Shown: piece by piece, positions 1 through 12,600 of the stretch
Layout of the letters: every line of letters starts with the position of its first letter
Position numbering within the stretch: position 1 is the first letter of the stretch
Assembly: GCA_020891255.1 (NCBI GenBank)
Contig: BQFW01000001.1
Coordinates: 1,364,001 to 1,428,000, forward strand
Origin: Entomortierella parvispora E1425
Taxonomy: Eukaryota; Fungi; Mortierellomycota
Direction: 5' to 3'
Length of the DNA: 64,000 bases
Made by a program: the position numbers and the translations under genes
The notes under the pieces: generated by a model
The model's input: only the letters and a program-made list of their open reading frames with translations
The model's database searches: none
What the model was told of the DNA's origin: nothing

Positions 1-1083
1 AAGTTCTTGGGAATGCTTTGAAGGCCATCCAGGCCACACACCCAAGAAGCACGTATTACCTGTCCACCAAGATCGGGCGATATGGACCCAAGAAGGCTGA
101 TTTTGACTACTCCAAGGAGCGGGTTCGAAAATCGGTTGAGACAAGCATGCAACGGATGGGAACTGATTACTTGGACGTGGTCTTTGCACACGATGTCGAG
201 TTTGTGTCTGTAGAGTCTGCTGTTGAGGCCGTGGGCGAGTTGTTCCGTTTGAAGGTAAATGAAAAAAGAATGACTTCATGACCCGCCCTCCCCCGCAGCC
301 AGGAGAGATGTCTGACCCCATTTTTTTTGTGTCTGTTTGTCTTCATTGTGACAGGCGGAAGGCAAGATCAAGCACGTTGGCATCAGTGGTACGACAACCA
401 GCGTGGATTGTGCTTGTTTTTTTTTGCAAGGCCAACCGTTTTTTTTTTTTTTGTTTTTTTGCGCCGCAAACTTGATCTCTGTCACTGTTACCGAGAACCT
501 TCCTGTCTCTAACGTTGATTCCTTCTTTCTCATTTCTCTAGGCTACCCTTTACCCTACTTGCTGGCTTTGATCCCTATTCTCCACAGTCGGCATGGACAA
601 AAGCTGGATATCCTCCTGACGTACTGCCACTACAACCTCCACAACACCCTTCTTCAGGATTACGTTGCTCAGTTCAAGGACATGGGAATTCAGACTGTAT
701 GGAACGCCTCTCCTCTTTCCATGGGTCTCCTTCGCTCCTTCACACCTGCCCCTGCATGGCACCCAGCCCCTCCATTGCTGCATTCGGCCGTTGAGGACTG
801 CATCCAAATCATCAAAAAGAACTCACCTAGCAAGGATCTGGCCGAGGTCGCCGTCAAGTTTGCCATGAAGTGGGAGGGTTGCGAGGGCCTTGTCCTCGGC
901 ATGTCCAATGCCGTGGAGGTCGAACAAAACATTCGTTGGTGGAACGAAACCCGACAGTCGGCACAAAGGACACCTCAGAACGAGGAGGAGACCCCAGAGG
1001 AGAGGGATGAGAGGCTGGTCAAAACAAGACTGGAGGGATTTACAAAGTTGGAATGGGCTTCGCCACCAATGGACGACTGCTAG
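1..1083 (+). CDS. Aldo-keto reductase (D-arabinose/L-galactose dehydrogenase-like), 5'-truncated by the window edge
   Basis: TKIGRYG..FDYS.ERVRKSVETSMQRMGTDYLDVVFAHDVEF. Exons <1-254, 355-388 (AEGKIKHVGIS) and 542-1083, joined by GT-AG introns, give the continuous GISGYPL motif. Confidence 0.9.
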
Positions 1084-1332
1084 CTACTTTATTCACTCAT
1101 AAAATCGAATATACAACATTTTAAAGCGCTAGGGACAGAATATACAGACAGCTATTTACAGATCAAATCGTTTGGAGATAATGGCAAAGAGATTGCGGTA
1201 ATGATACGAGAAGGATTGGCCCCTGCAGACATCTGCTTATTCTTTCGAGAATCTACTTTACCAGAGGCGAAAAGGAACAAATGTTAGCAGCTCAAACAAC
1301 ATAGATTGTACCCACCAGCCCATTCGACCTTA

Positions 1333-4300
1333 CTATTCATGCATAAAAATATCCCCGTCCTTGTCCATCTGTGGTGCATCCTTCGGCTCCGAAGGCACGC
1401 CATATGAAAACGGCTCGCTAAAGCCGAATGAGGCAGTTGATGCCAATCCTGATCCAAAGCCATGGGTATTGCTCGTCGAGCCACCTTTGCCAAATCCGTG
1501 GAATCCTACAGAGTTAGACATTCCCGATGTTGGCAATGATGACCCAAATGCCCCGACAGCCGCCACCGTTCCGATGCTCCTGTCTGCTTGGGGCCCTGCT
1601 CTTGGCATCCATGGTACATCCAACCGCCCCTGGGAGTGTTCAAAGTAGTGGGGCGCTCCCTGAGAAAAAGTGGCAGCAGACTTGGTTTCTGCAACAGGCC
1701 TCAGCCCCAGCGGCGTATGTACCGTCCTTTCAAAAGCGGAAACAGACCTTTGTTCTGGTCTCATAGAAAAAGTTTGCCCGTGAGTAAAAGTAGTTGGTTC
1801 GGCTGAAATGGATGAATCAGCCAAATGTTCTGAGGATGACTTACGCAATTCCGGCGGTCCTATGAACGACCCGGCTGGCGCTGGTGCGGTGGGTGGCCTC
1901 CAGTTCGTAAAGTCAAGGGCATGCGTTGAAAGTAAGGAGAGTGGTGTAGATGGCTTAGAGCCACCCCAAAGAAAAGACTTTGGAATCACATCTGATGGTG
2001 GTTCATATGTCGGTCCTGACGCGACCATAGACGAATTTGATCCAGTTGTCGATCCAAGGAGTACGTCATGCTTTTCCAGAGCGGATTGTGTGAGAGCTGT
2101 GCATCCTGACGTTGTAGCAAGTCCCGCACCTTTACTGCTATGCGCAAGACCACCACCGGCAAAGCCACTGGCTCCCTGTAACAACCGCCTGTTCTTCCAC
2201 TTTTTACGCTTTGAGCTCTTGCCAACTGACCCAACCAAACCATTTACATTTAGGGGTACGGGACAGGATTTTGAAGGGACCGCACTCTTCTTTGCCTTCC
2301 CAAGCAGCGCATAGACCCTGCTGACAGCGCTTGCGGCGTGGACACCAGAGTGGGTATTCTTCACAATCCCGCCCTTCTTCTGCGGTAGCAGAGATCCCAC
2401 CGTTATGGTTGTTGTTGGTTCAGTTGCCAAATGCATTGGCAAAGTAGTAGGTGGTTTTGGACAAGGCGGATTTGTTGACTGGGACTTACCAATGGTTCCC
2501 AAATGGATGGTCTGCGATGGCCTTCCCAGTGTGGGTCTCGGTACCTCTGGATTTATCCCGTCCGTGAGGTCCAAGTGCAACGGAACAACATATTTGTCCA
2601 TAAATGGTGCAAACATCCTCTCAACAACACGGAACATCACCTCCATGTCGAAACCACTGTCGGCGTAGATTCCACCTATAAACGCCTCTGACTGATCCGC
2701 TAACGCTTTCGGAAGTTTCAGCGGCAGCCAGTACTTACCCTCCAGAGCCTTGGTCGGGGAAAGCGCCTCCATCCTCTTGATCTCGCGTACCGCTGCTTTG
2801 ACCGCACAGTGGTATTCTGATGACCTGGTTGTCTCCTCATGTAAACCCCAGGTAAGTGCAAGAGCACTCAAGGTCCGATTTCGAACGCATTCCACCCTCA
2901 GCGCCATGATCTTGCATGGGTGGGTCTTTGGAAACTTTCGATGATAGTGCTCAAACACAACGTAGTCGAGGACTGCATCACCGAGGAATTCGAGTCGCTG
3001 GAAGCGGTGACCATCGTGCCGGGCATGCCAAAAATGCCATGGGTCTTTAAAACGGTAGTCGAAGCTACTCTCAAGTCTCAGGCGGCCGGGGAAATGCACC
3101 TCTGCAAGGTTGGTTTGCGTGCTGTCTCCACACTGACGTAACCACTTCCTATGATTTTTATCAAGGTCAGCCCAGCACTTGAAAGAATCTTGTTTTGGGT
3201 AGAGTGCTCGGTAGGCTTTGACGGCCGCATCAAGGCCATCCTTCTTGAGGGCTGTGCCTAAGGACTTCAAATCACCACGTGGACGTCTGTCGCTGTCCAT
3301 CGCCGCAGTAAGTTCACCTGCGCCCCAGAGTGGGTTGTCCGAAAAGAAGTGAGTGGCCCTGAGACACTTCCTGAAAACGAAACTCACAAAGGTTGCATGT
3401 TCTAGCTGGGCGTTTTCAAGAGCTGATGGGCGAATTTCCGCAGGGACTTGGTGTCGAGGCGCAACGATCACTGCCGTCGTGCGTTTTGGAGTTTTTGCGG
3501 CGGTGGGTGCCTTGGTTTTCTTTGTTCTGGAAATGGCGACAAGAGACTCCATCACGCTTGGGATATAGGCAACAGTGTCCAGAAAACCGATCCGGTCCAA
3601 GAATTGTCGAAAGTCCTGCATTCGCGTAAAATCTTGAAGCTCAAGGTCGTGCCAGTTGATGACTTTGTCCACCTCTGCGCCGGCCGTGAGGTCCACCGGG
3701 GCAAAAAGGTAGTTCATCTCGGTCACTTTGCTATAGCCCCACATCCATACGTTCTCCAGAATGAAGTTGTTGAATTTTTTGAGTCGCTGAAGCTGGCTTG
3801 ATGTAAGAACTAGCCGCTGGTGGAACACTTTGACCTCTCTTGCAAAGTCCAGCAGAGTAACAGTGCTTGACCCATCGCTGGGCAAGATATCGAGCTCATT
3901 TGTTGTCAGAACACAAGTATCGCGGAGCTCCTTCCCCCAGACGGACGTGCGAGAGACAGCATAGAGATGGAAGGAATGAGTGTCCTTCAGGACTGGATGC
4001 CGATTCCGCATTGAGTGATCGTTAGGACGAACAGACCCGCCTGTGGGTTTCTTGTTTTTGTTGACAATGTTAGGAGTATCGTCTTCGTCAGAATCGATCA
4101 AAATGATATCGCGTTGCCAATTGTCTGGCTTTTCCTCATCTTCGCTGTCGTCGTCTGGGATCTCGATGGGCACAACGACGTTGCAGAGGACGCCTAGCTC
4201 CACCAACATACTGCAGGCCATGAACGCGACAGATTGTTTGGCAGCCTCTTTTGAGGGCGAGGGGTCCGAGGGGATATTGCGGAAAGGGCCTGGGAGGGGC

Positions 4301-4479
4301 AAAGTGAGGAAGCAGATAAAGCCATGGATTTTCTTGTCATCAATTTCTTGATAGGCGAATTGTGGTCCAATCGCAAAGTCTTCGTCCTGAACACTTGCCG
4401 CACAGCATTCCTCGAGGAGTCTGATGGCGTTGTCTTTGTCCAGAACAGTGGGCTGTTGTGACACGCGTACTAGAGCCAT
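1333..4479 (-). CDS. Helicase-less Dicer-like RNase III protein (Dicer dimerisation dsRBD, platform-like region, degenerate RNase IIIa, intact RNase IIIb, long low-complexity C-terminus)
   Basis: SKEAAKQSVAFMACSMLVELGVL (Dicer_dimer-like), QRLEFLGDAVLDY and PKALADQSEAFIGGIYADSG (RNase III). One open frame; ATG at 4479 follows a branch/acceptor-like signal near 4490-4525. Confidence 0.85.
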   Translation of the reverse strand: MALVRVSQQPTVLDKDNAIRLLEECCAASVQDEDFAIGPQFAYQEIDDKKIHGFICFLTLPLPGPFRNIPSDPSPSKEAAKQSVAFMACSMLVELGVLCNVVVPIEIPDDDSEDEEKPDNWQRDIILIDSDEDDTPNIVNKNKKPTGGSVRPNDHSMRNRHPVLKDTHSFHLYAVSRTSVWGKELRDTCVLTTNELDILPSDGSSTVTLLDFAREVKVFHQRLVLTSSQLQRLKKFNNFILENVWMWGYSKVTEMNYLFAPVDLTAGAEVDKVINWHDLELQDFTRMQDFRQFLDRIGFLDTVAYIPSVMESLVAISRTKKTKAPTAAKTPKRTTAVIVAPRHQVPAEIRPSALENAQLEHATFVSFVFRKCLRATHFFSDNPLWGAGELTAAMDSDRRPRGDLKSLGTALKKDGLDAAVKAYRALYPKQDSFKCWADLDKNHRKWLRQCGDSTQTNLAEVHFPGRLRLESSFDYRFKDPWHFWHARHDGHRFQRLEFLGDAVLDYVVFEHYHRKFPKTHPCKIMALRVECVRNRTLSALALTWGLHEETTRSSEYHCAVKAAVREIKRMEALSPTKALEGKYWLPLKLPKALADQSEAFIGGIYADSGFDMEVMFRVVERMFAPFMDKYVVPLHLDLTDGINPEVPRPTLGRPSQTIHLGTIGKSQSTNPPCPKPPTTLPMHLATEPTTTITVGSLLPQKKGGIVKNTHSGVHAASAVSRVYALLGKAKKSAVPSKSCPVPLNVNGLVGSVGKSSKRKKWKNRRLLQGASGFAGGGLAHSSKGAGLATTSGCTALTQSALEKHDVLLGSTTGSNSSMVASGPTYEPPSDVIPKSFLWGGSKPSTPLSLLSTHALDFTNWRPPTAPAPAGSFIGPPELRKSSSEHLADSSISAEPTTFTHGQTFSMRPEQRSVSAFERTVHTPLGLRPVAETKSAATFSQGAPHYFEHSQGRLDVPWMPRAGPQADRSIGTVAAVGAFGSSLPTSGMSNSVGFHGFGKGGSTSNTHGFGSGLASTASFGFSEPFSYGVPSEPKDAPQMDKDGDIFMHE

Positions 4480-4942
4480 GATGGATCGACTGCAGGCAAA
4501 AGAACAAACAAATGATGGGTTAGTATGAGAATATAGACATATAGACCGCGCCACCCTGACTTGCCTGTGCGCGACGCGTCTGTGTTGAAATGTGGATGGT
4601 CTAAACCGGGACCGTGATGTCAAGCAGGATGCGGAAAGGCAATAGAAAGAGGGTCAGGAGATAGGACAATCACAGCTGTGGTGGACGCAGGGGTGTAGAG
4701 AGCAAGGAAGGAAGGAAGAAGCGAATGAAGAATGAAGCAGAAAGGCGGAAATGTCAGTGAGAAAGGCGAAGCATTGCATTGCACAGGGGAAGCCACGAGG
4801 TGGCTTGGCGGGACATCAATTTTTTTGGTCAGTGAACAGTGCGACAAAGGTCGGCACAATGGTGCTTCCGCCAGTGTCAGATTTTTAGACTCCCGCCCAA
4901 AGGCCGATGCCGATGCCGGGCGAGGTGTGTGGGTGTGTGCGA

Positions 4943-4993
4943 TGTGCAGTGTGCAGTGTTGCAGTGTGCAGTGTTGCAGCGTTGCAGTGTGCA
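4943..4993. repeat. Imperfect TGTGCAG/TGTTGCAG tandem repeat in the divergent intergenic region
   Basis: tgtgcagtgtgcagtgttgcagtgtgcagtgttgcagcgttgcagtgtgca read directly. Confidence 0.8.
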
Positions 4994-5235
4994 ATGACGA
5001 GCGGGAAACTTGTTTGGGAATTGTCCCTCTGCCTGCTCTTGCTCTCTTCTTTCTTCACTTCTTCTCTTCTCCCCTCCCTCTCTTTCTTTCTCCTCACTCA
5101 CTCTCCCCTCTTCCGCTCTTTGCACCACCCTCTTCTTTTCTTGTTCATGGTCCATACACCCTTTTCTTGACAACCCTCTTCCCCTTCTCTCTTTTTCCCT
5201 CCATTCTCCCATTCCTCCTCCTCTTGCCATCCACA

Positions 5236-7782
5236 ATGGTCGCTGGCACCCAGAACGAAAAGCCGCCACTGCTCGACGAGGACTTTGACATTGAGATCCC
5301 TGCTGGGATCGCACCTGAGGCCTACTACGATTCCCAGCTTTCACCTCTCCGAGCCGCCATCCGCCGGTTCTTGCTTCCTTACATTCGAAGCGAAACACCC
5401 ATTCTCCATCGCATGCAGGTAACATACCACTTATTCCTTCTTCCTCTTTTTTTTTCTCGCTCTTTCATCATCCTACTATCCTACAAGGTGCAGTGAAGAA
5501 GACGAGCTAACCACAGTAAAAACACATTCTCAATTGGAAACATAGCTGAAGGTACGACACCCTATCCTGGACGTGTACTTTTCGACGACAGCCTTCTCTG
5601 GCAACCACACCTTTTTCATGATTGCCTTGCCCGTCCTCTTCTGGTTTGGATTCTCAGAGATTGCTCGTGGGTATGTAGCTCCTCTCGCACTATGTCAGAG
5701 TATGTTAGTGCCTCAGTAGCTTCATCAACGTTGATACTCATTCTTCCTTTTTTTTTTTTTTTTGCTTTGCTTATCACATTCCAACACAAAAATCAGATTC
5801 ACTCTGATCGCAGCCATGGGTGTTTATTGGGCAGGATTTTTCAAGGTAACAACAAAAGACACAGTTGCAACAACAAGTAGGGGTGATAGGACTACAGGAT
5901 GATGGTCCAGACAGTCAGCCCGTGATGTGCTGTGCGCAGTGCCTTTCTTTCTTTTCTTTTCTTTATCAACGGACCAGGGGCTGTATGTTTTTTTTTCTTG
6001 CAACCGTGTCCCGTTCTTTGTCTGGAGCATTCTGGGAATCAAAAGAGGGCGAATGGAGCAGCGCAGCAAAGGAAGATACCTGTCTCTTTGGTAGTGGTTG
6101 CTCAAAGCTACAACTACAAAACGGGACCAGGTCCGTCACATATCTGAGCTCTCCATTGGCGTTCTTCACGTGGCGTGGGGGCGCTCTATAGTGCGGTGGT
6201 CTCCTTTGCTGGCTGCATTGGGACAGAACTCCAGTTGCTCTCAACTTTGTGCGTGTGTTGTTGACTCTTTGTCTCCCTCCCAGTCTCCCAGTGGTCAAGC
6301 GTCTTGGAGATTGTGTTTGTGCTCAATACGATGGCTAATCCCTTTCTCCGGACTAAAGCAGCGAAGGCAAACAGTGAGGAGAAATGAGGACATAGCGAGG
6401 ACAAAATGAAGACACGAAAACAAAGTGAGGACAGAGAGGGCGACTAGTAAGAAATGAAGTATCAGAGGCGCGTAATCTAACCACCTTGTGGTCTGTTGTC
6501 ATCGTAGGACTATCTCTGTTTGCCCCGCCCGCTGTCACCACCTATTGTCCGTCTCTCGCGCTCCAAATCGACCTGCCAGGAATACGGATTCCCCAGCTCA
6601 CACTCCACGAATGCAGTCTCGGTTGCCCTCTTCCTCTATTGCCACCTTTTGACCACGGACCCAGCTTCCTGGAGCCCTTATACCCGCGAGCTGTCGATTT
6701 TTGGACTTATTGTCTATGCAGTTTCCATCGTCTATGGCCGTCTTTACTGTGGAATGCACTCGATCACGGATTGTGTTGGAGGTTCGATGATTGGACTCAC
6801 CATCTGGGCAACTCAATGGACATTCCGCCAAACGATCGAATACTACATGGTCAGCCCCGTCTGGTGGGTGCCTCCACTGGTGGTGGCAACAGGAATTTTC
6901 TTGGTCTCGATAATCCCCGACCCTATCGATGACTGCCCTTGCTTTGACGACTGCGTTGCCTTTATAGCCGTGCTCATGGGCTTGATCCCTGCCAGCATCC
7001 ACTTTGCGTCCACCTCTTATTCCTCCAACTACCCTGTTCCGGCTACCATCCCTTACAGCACAGACTTGGGCATCATCAAATCAGTGCTTCGGTTGGTCTT
7101 TGGTGTTGGAACTCTGTTTGTTTGGCGTCTGGCGGCCAAGAAGGCGCTTTATGTCCTTTTGCCACCAGTCTACAAGCTCTTCAGTCTCCCATACCGCCCT
7201 CATTTCATCCCTGCCAGCACTTATAACACCCTTTCGACCTATCCTATCGGCAAGGTTCCTTCCGTTATTGATTTGCCCAGTATGACTGGCAACGTCGAGA
7301 TTGTGGGTTTGCAGTCCGCTATGGATGTCCACGAAAAGTTTTCTTTGGCCGCTGCCGCCCAAGCTTTGGAACAAGAAGGAGGACTGAGAGCTCGCAAGGC
7401 AGGAGCCGGAGTTGTTTCTGCCCACCAAGAGATTAACATGGACGAGAAGCGTGATGAGAGCTCTCAACATGGTCGCGATGCATCTGTTCTTAGCAATGGA
7501 TCGACCGAGTGCGGCGAGGACTCTGGCTCTGACATCGAGAAGAAGGCGTACTGCAACGGCAATGGCCATCATCATTCTTACCATTCCAAAGAGAACACCA
7601 AGATCGAGGACGAGGCAGAGGCACTTTTGAGGGTTGAACGTATGCACCCTCCAAAGAACCGCTTCGATGTTGATATTGTGTCCAAGCTGGTCGTCTATGC
7701 CGGTATTGGTGCTTTGGCGGTGGATGGCATCCCCATCCTCTTTGAAATTGTGGGTCTCGGTGCACCCGTTATTCGTATCTAG
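5236..7782 (+). CDS. LCB3: Sphingoid long-chain base-1-phosphate phosphatase (PAP2 family)
   Basis: Spliced exons (5236-5418, 5546-~5670, a short exon near 5800-5845, last exon ~6508-7782) give the motifs KDYLCLPRP, EYGFPSSHS and GRLYCGMHSITDC plus transmembrane helices. Confidence 0.88.
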
Positions 7783-9691
7783 AAACCCGTTGTTTCATTA
7801 ATCACTCATCACCAAGTTATTTTGCCGTTCGTATCCAACCTATCCAACCCCCAACTTAATCCCAGTTACCCTTGTACTCATACCATTTTCGCTTCATAAA
7901 AGACTATTTGCAATCCAGCTGCGTCCTCTCTCTCTTTTAATGCCTCCCCTGCACATCCTGCACATCATCAACAATCGCTATTTGGTGCTTTTTCCGCATC
8001 GGGCCAAAGAAAACAGCTCATGTTGAACTGTTCTGATCTGCTCCTTTCGTTGGGAGAGAAGGATACGAAATTCGCGCTAAGAAGATTTTGGACGTTAATG
8101 TCAAGGATGGAGGTCTTCCTTCTCTTTCCCTCTCTCCCTCTTAAGGTGGTGGACATAGGAACATAGAAACATAAGAACATGCTTAGCCTGGTAGTTGCGA
8201 TAAAGAGTGGTGGATGTTTCTTTCCCCCCTCCCCCGTTTTTTTCATTTTCTGTTGTTCCATATCCTCGCCTTCACAGGTCTCTTTAACGGCTAAACTACA
8301 TACAACTCCACTCCCTAATGGACAACACCAACCTCTCCCCCCCCTCATCCTCCTCACTCGTTGCCCTTACTATTGCTAAAGCACACCTATTGTATAGTAT
8401 CTCCTCTGACGATCATCCTGACCAATTCTCGAAAAACGCAGTAAGAAGCAACACTGGTAAGGAATCCTCGCTACCTTGGAAGGTCCAGCAGCTTGCATTT
8501 GTCCATTTATAACCAGGAGACTTGAACCTGAATTTTCGGCTTAATTGGATCTCCTCGTTGACAGGGAGGTGGGGGAGAAGGCAGTCATCTCTACTGAATA
8601 TCGTACATGGAGTGCATCCATTGAGCTCTGAGTCTTCCACTCTCCGTGCCATTATGAAAACACGCTATAGCTCACTAGTGTGATTTCATAGCATGCACTA
8701 TCCTTGGATTTTCAAAACGTCTTGGGTTGTTGGTGTCCGGAACTATAAGGAGAGAAGCATGGAGACCCCATCTCTCGCAGGTGTGTCGAACGATACTGTT
8801 TTTAATCGCATCGAGCAACTTCCAACTCTTTGGGTCCTGGTTACTCTGTCTCTTCTCTTCTCTTCACCTGTCCACTTATCAGTTTGGTCCATGTTGCATC
8901 AAACCCCCCCTTTCGTTTAAAAAAACAAGAAGACATCGGCACTTGGTAAAGCAATCATGGTTCACTCTCGATCGACTGAAAAAAGACATCTCGCCCGGTT
9001 GAAAAACACACTCACTCACTCACACAAACACACACACACACGAAGACACAGACACAGACACATACTTCTTCCTTCAAGTCTCGCCTTATTTTCACTTCCA
9101 ACCCTCCCTTCTCCATACCTGGGAATCCTGTCTTTCCTGGTTCCCAAGTCCATCCAAAAAAAAAACTGTCGATTGACGAGGGGAGAGGGGGGACGACGTG
9201 AATTGTCATCTTCCAGTTCACCCTGCACAGTCTTTTTTTTTTTTGTGTCCTTGTAACCGAAGCGCGTGTCATTTCGTTTCTTTTTTTTCAAGTTGAATTG
9301 CTTCCGGCTTGACAACTTTTGAAAGGCCTCTTTGGTCAAACCAAATCTGTATACTCCTGTGGCTGTGTCTTGGACCAAAGGGTCATGAGAATGTCGCACA
9401 AAAGGCGATAAGCCAACTGGAGACTTGACGCACGGACCCGCACAAAAATGTCGCGCCCTTTTTTTCCTGCGTTGTCTGTCGAAACACACCGCCGCGAAAG
9501 AAGCTTCAAACACTCTTTGGCAAATTGAATGATATGAAAATACTCACATTTGCTCCCTTGCTCTCTTTTTTTTTCGCTTTCTCTTTTCGGACTGACTTCT
9601 ATACGACGTCAGTAGACAGCGACTGCCGCCCCCAAGTCGAGACAAAGTAAAATCAAAAGCTGCATTGTACTCAGATCCCTCCTGCTCCTCT

Positions 9692-12600
9692 ATGTTGCCG
9701 ACAACAAACGTGAGGCGTCCTTCGATGCACAATGCCCATCCACAAACCACAGAAGATAGGGCAGAGGCTGGTCCTCTGTCCCGAGATAGCACTATACGAT
9801 CCTTTTCCTGTCCTGCGTCGTCCTCTATCCCGCCCGACACCATTTATCAGCAACGTCCTCGACCACCTCAGAATCGCTCTTCAGTATGGTCCTCCTTCCC
9901 ACTGTCCAGGACCATTTCTTCTACCGAAGCCATCGCCCACTCTGGCTTTCTTCGCCGATCCAGATCCAGCCGTCGTACCTGTCCATCCACAGGAGCAGGT
10001 GTGGGCAGTTTAGAAGAAACAGGAGTAAAATCTCGAGCCAGTCTCGATCAGGATTACGACGAAAAAACGACCACCAGGACAACCAGGACAAGTGACATTG
10101 GAGGAAGTGGCAGTGGTGGCAGTGGTGGCAGTGGTGGCAGTGGCTGTCGAGGAGATGAGTGTGCGCAAGAACGCGGAGAATCTACAATGGATTTAGCCAG
10201 TCAATCACCTGAAGATGCAGAGCGGACGATGGGCCTGGGTAGCGCTATTCTGATGGTAATGACACGGTACGACTAACAAAACCTCAAGCTTCAAACTGAG
10301 GACGATGATGGAAGGAAGAAAGTAAAACCCTTGTACAAGAGTATTAATACTGAGTATCGCGGACAATTTCGACGCGTGCACATTTATTTGCCAACTTTGT
10401 AGATCATTGGAACGCTCATCGGGACCGGGATCTTTGCTTCTCCAGGACCTTTATTCGATGTAATGCATTGCCCACAAACTGCGTTCATTATCTGGGCAGT
10501 TGCCGGAATAGTGTGTCTTATCGGTGCCTACGCTTACGCTGAACTTGGCACCATGTTCCCAGAATCTGGAGGAGATTTTCAATACCTGCGACGCGCTTAC
10601 GGCAAAAAGATGGCTTTGGTCTTTGGCTGGTCCTTTATCATTGTCCTCAACCCTATCGGTACTGCGGGAATCGCAGGGGTTCTTGGACGGTATTCTGTGG
10701 ACATGATCACCTATTTCGAAACAGGAAATAGTGTCGGAGTCGGCGCTGGAGGCGATGGTGGAAAGAGGATCCCGAATGGTGGCCAGCGCGAGATTGGACC
10801 CCAGCACAGCAAACTGCTGGATCGATTCAAGAGTCGACAGCCACTCAACAAATCCACAACGGCGGCAACGAGCAACACAGCTATGATAGCTAAAAGATTT
10901 TTGGAAGGGGGTGAAGAAGGTGAAAGTGAGGCAGACGATGATAGCGACGTGTACTATTTCTACGAGATGGATGATGACGATATGAGTTTGTACGATAAGT
11001 TCGCGAGGCAGTCATTCTGGATCCCGGACTCGTCATTACAGTCGCCAGAGCTACAGCAAGGACTCGCTCAGAAAGACCACGGTATTAATAACCAGTCGCC
11101 AAGTGACGCACCCAGTTTCCCAAAGCCAGCTCTTCCATCCAACAACACAGGCGATGTTCCCCCAAAGCCAGGAATGGGACCGAATGGAAATCCACTCTTG
11201 CCGACTTTTCACGCAGATAACATGCCCATCAAAGTCCGACTCTTCTCCATCGCTTCCATTGTGATCATGGGGCTTATCAACATTTGCTTCAAAGAAGGCG
11301 GAAAGTGGGCAAGTAACGTCCTGGCCATCTTCAAGATTGCAGGGATGATGATTCTCATCGGTATCGGAACCGTACATGCAATCAAAACTCACAACCAATC
11401 GGAAACTCTCAAGATCCCTATCCGAGAGTGTAGCCACAATCTTCTCGACTATGTCAGTGCGCTCTGCTTCGCTTTTTTTGCTGTAAGTCTTATTTTTTTT
11501 TTTTTTTAAATGTGTATGTTAAAGGAAGCCTGTTCAGTTGTCCCCACCATCCAACCTTCTGCCTGGAACCTGACTCTCTTTGATCGACTTCTAGTTCAAT
11601 GGCTTCAACAACATCAATCTCGGCTTGGGCGAACTTCGTAATCCAGAAAGGAACCTCAAGCGCGCGGTGCTGTTCGCCCTCCCCCTTGTCACTGCTTTGT
11701 TCCTCCTTGCCAACTTCTCCTTTTTCTCCATCCTCTCCTCCTACGATCTTCGGCACGTTCATTCCCTGTCCCTTCATGCGGGTCATACCGTCTTGGGTCA
11801 GCCTGGCGGTTTCTTGATGGCCGGAACCGTCGTTGCTGCCGCCCTAGGTTCCATCAATGCCAATATCTGGGCCGGTTCACGACTCCTTGTTATCTTGGCC
11901 AAGGATGACACAGTTATCCCTTACTTTTTCGCAAAAATCTGGACTCGTCGTGGGACCACTGCCTTGGCTTTGTCAGCCCTTGTCCTCCAAGCCTCTGTCC
12001 ATGCAATGATCAATTTGGATTTCAAGACCTTTTCAAAGATTTACTCCGCCGTGGGTTGGTGGTGGTATGGTCTATCGATCGCTGGACTACTATATCTGAG
12101 AAAACAAATGCCCGACATCTTGAGACCGGTTCGGATCTGGTGGCCATTGGCCCTCATATTTGTGATGGTCGCGTTCTTTTTAGTCGTGGGAGCTCTCACA
12201 TTGGCATTTATGAGTGTGGGCTATGCCCCTTCAAGTGGATCGACAAATGGACACATGTCGCAGGTCAGCAAAATTACAAGGAGAGACGGCGCTCAACCTT
12301 CATCTGCAGAAGGAGGAGAAAGAGGAGCATCGGTCAAAAGCAACTACCTTGGCGACACTGGCGGTAATGATGACGATGAAGGCGAGGGAGATCTAGATGG
12401 AACGATGCAAGGAGCAGGAAGCCGGTTTATTCCTGTGATCATGTTTGCTGCCGTGGCGGGTCTGATGCTTTTGATCATTCCGGCTTACTACGGCACCAGG
12501 GCACTTAGGAGGAGGAGAGAACGTCTCACAGCCAAGAAGGAGGCTCAAGCTGAAGCGTTAGCAGCAGAGGAGCCAGCAGAATCACTAGCAGGAGAACTTA

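Noticed and set aside
4732-5235. N-terminal part of the 254-aa ORF 4732-5496
   Set aside because: CT-rich 5' UTR read-through; the real start is the phosphatase ATG at 5236.
8515-8545. GGTTCAAGTC box-B/T-loop-like motif on the minus strand
   Set aside because: The T-stem does not close correctly and no acceptor, D or anticodon arms are visible; not a tRNA.
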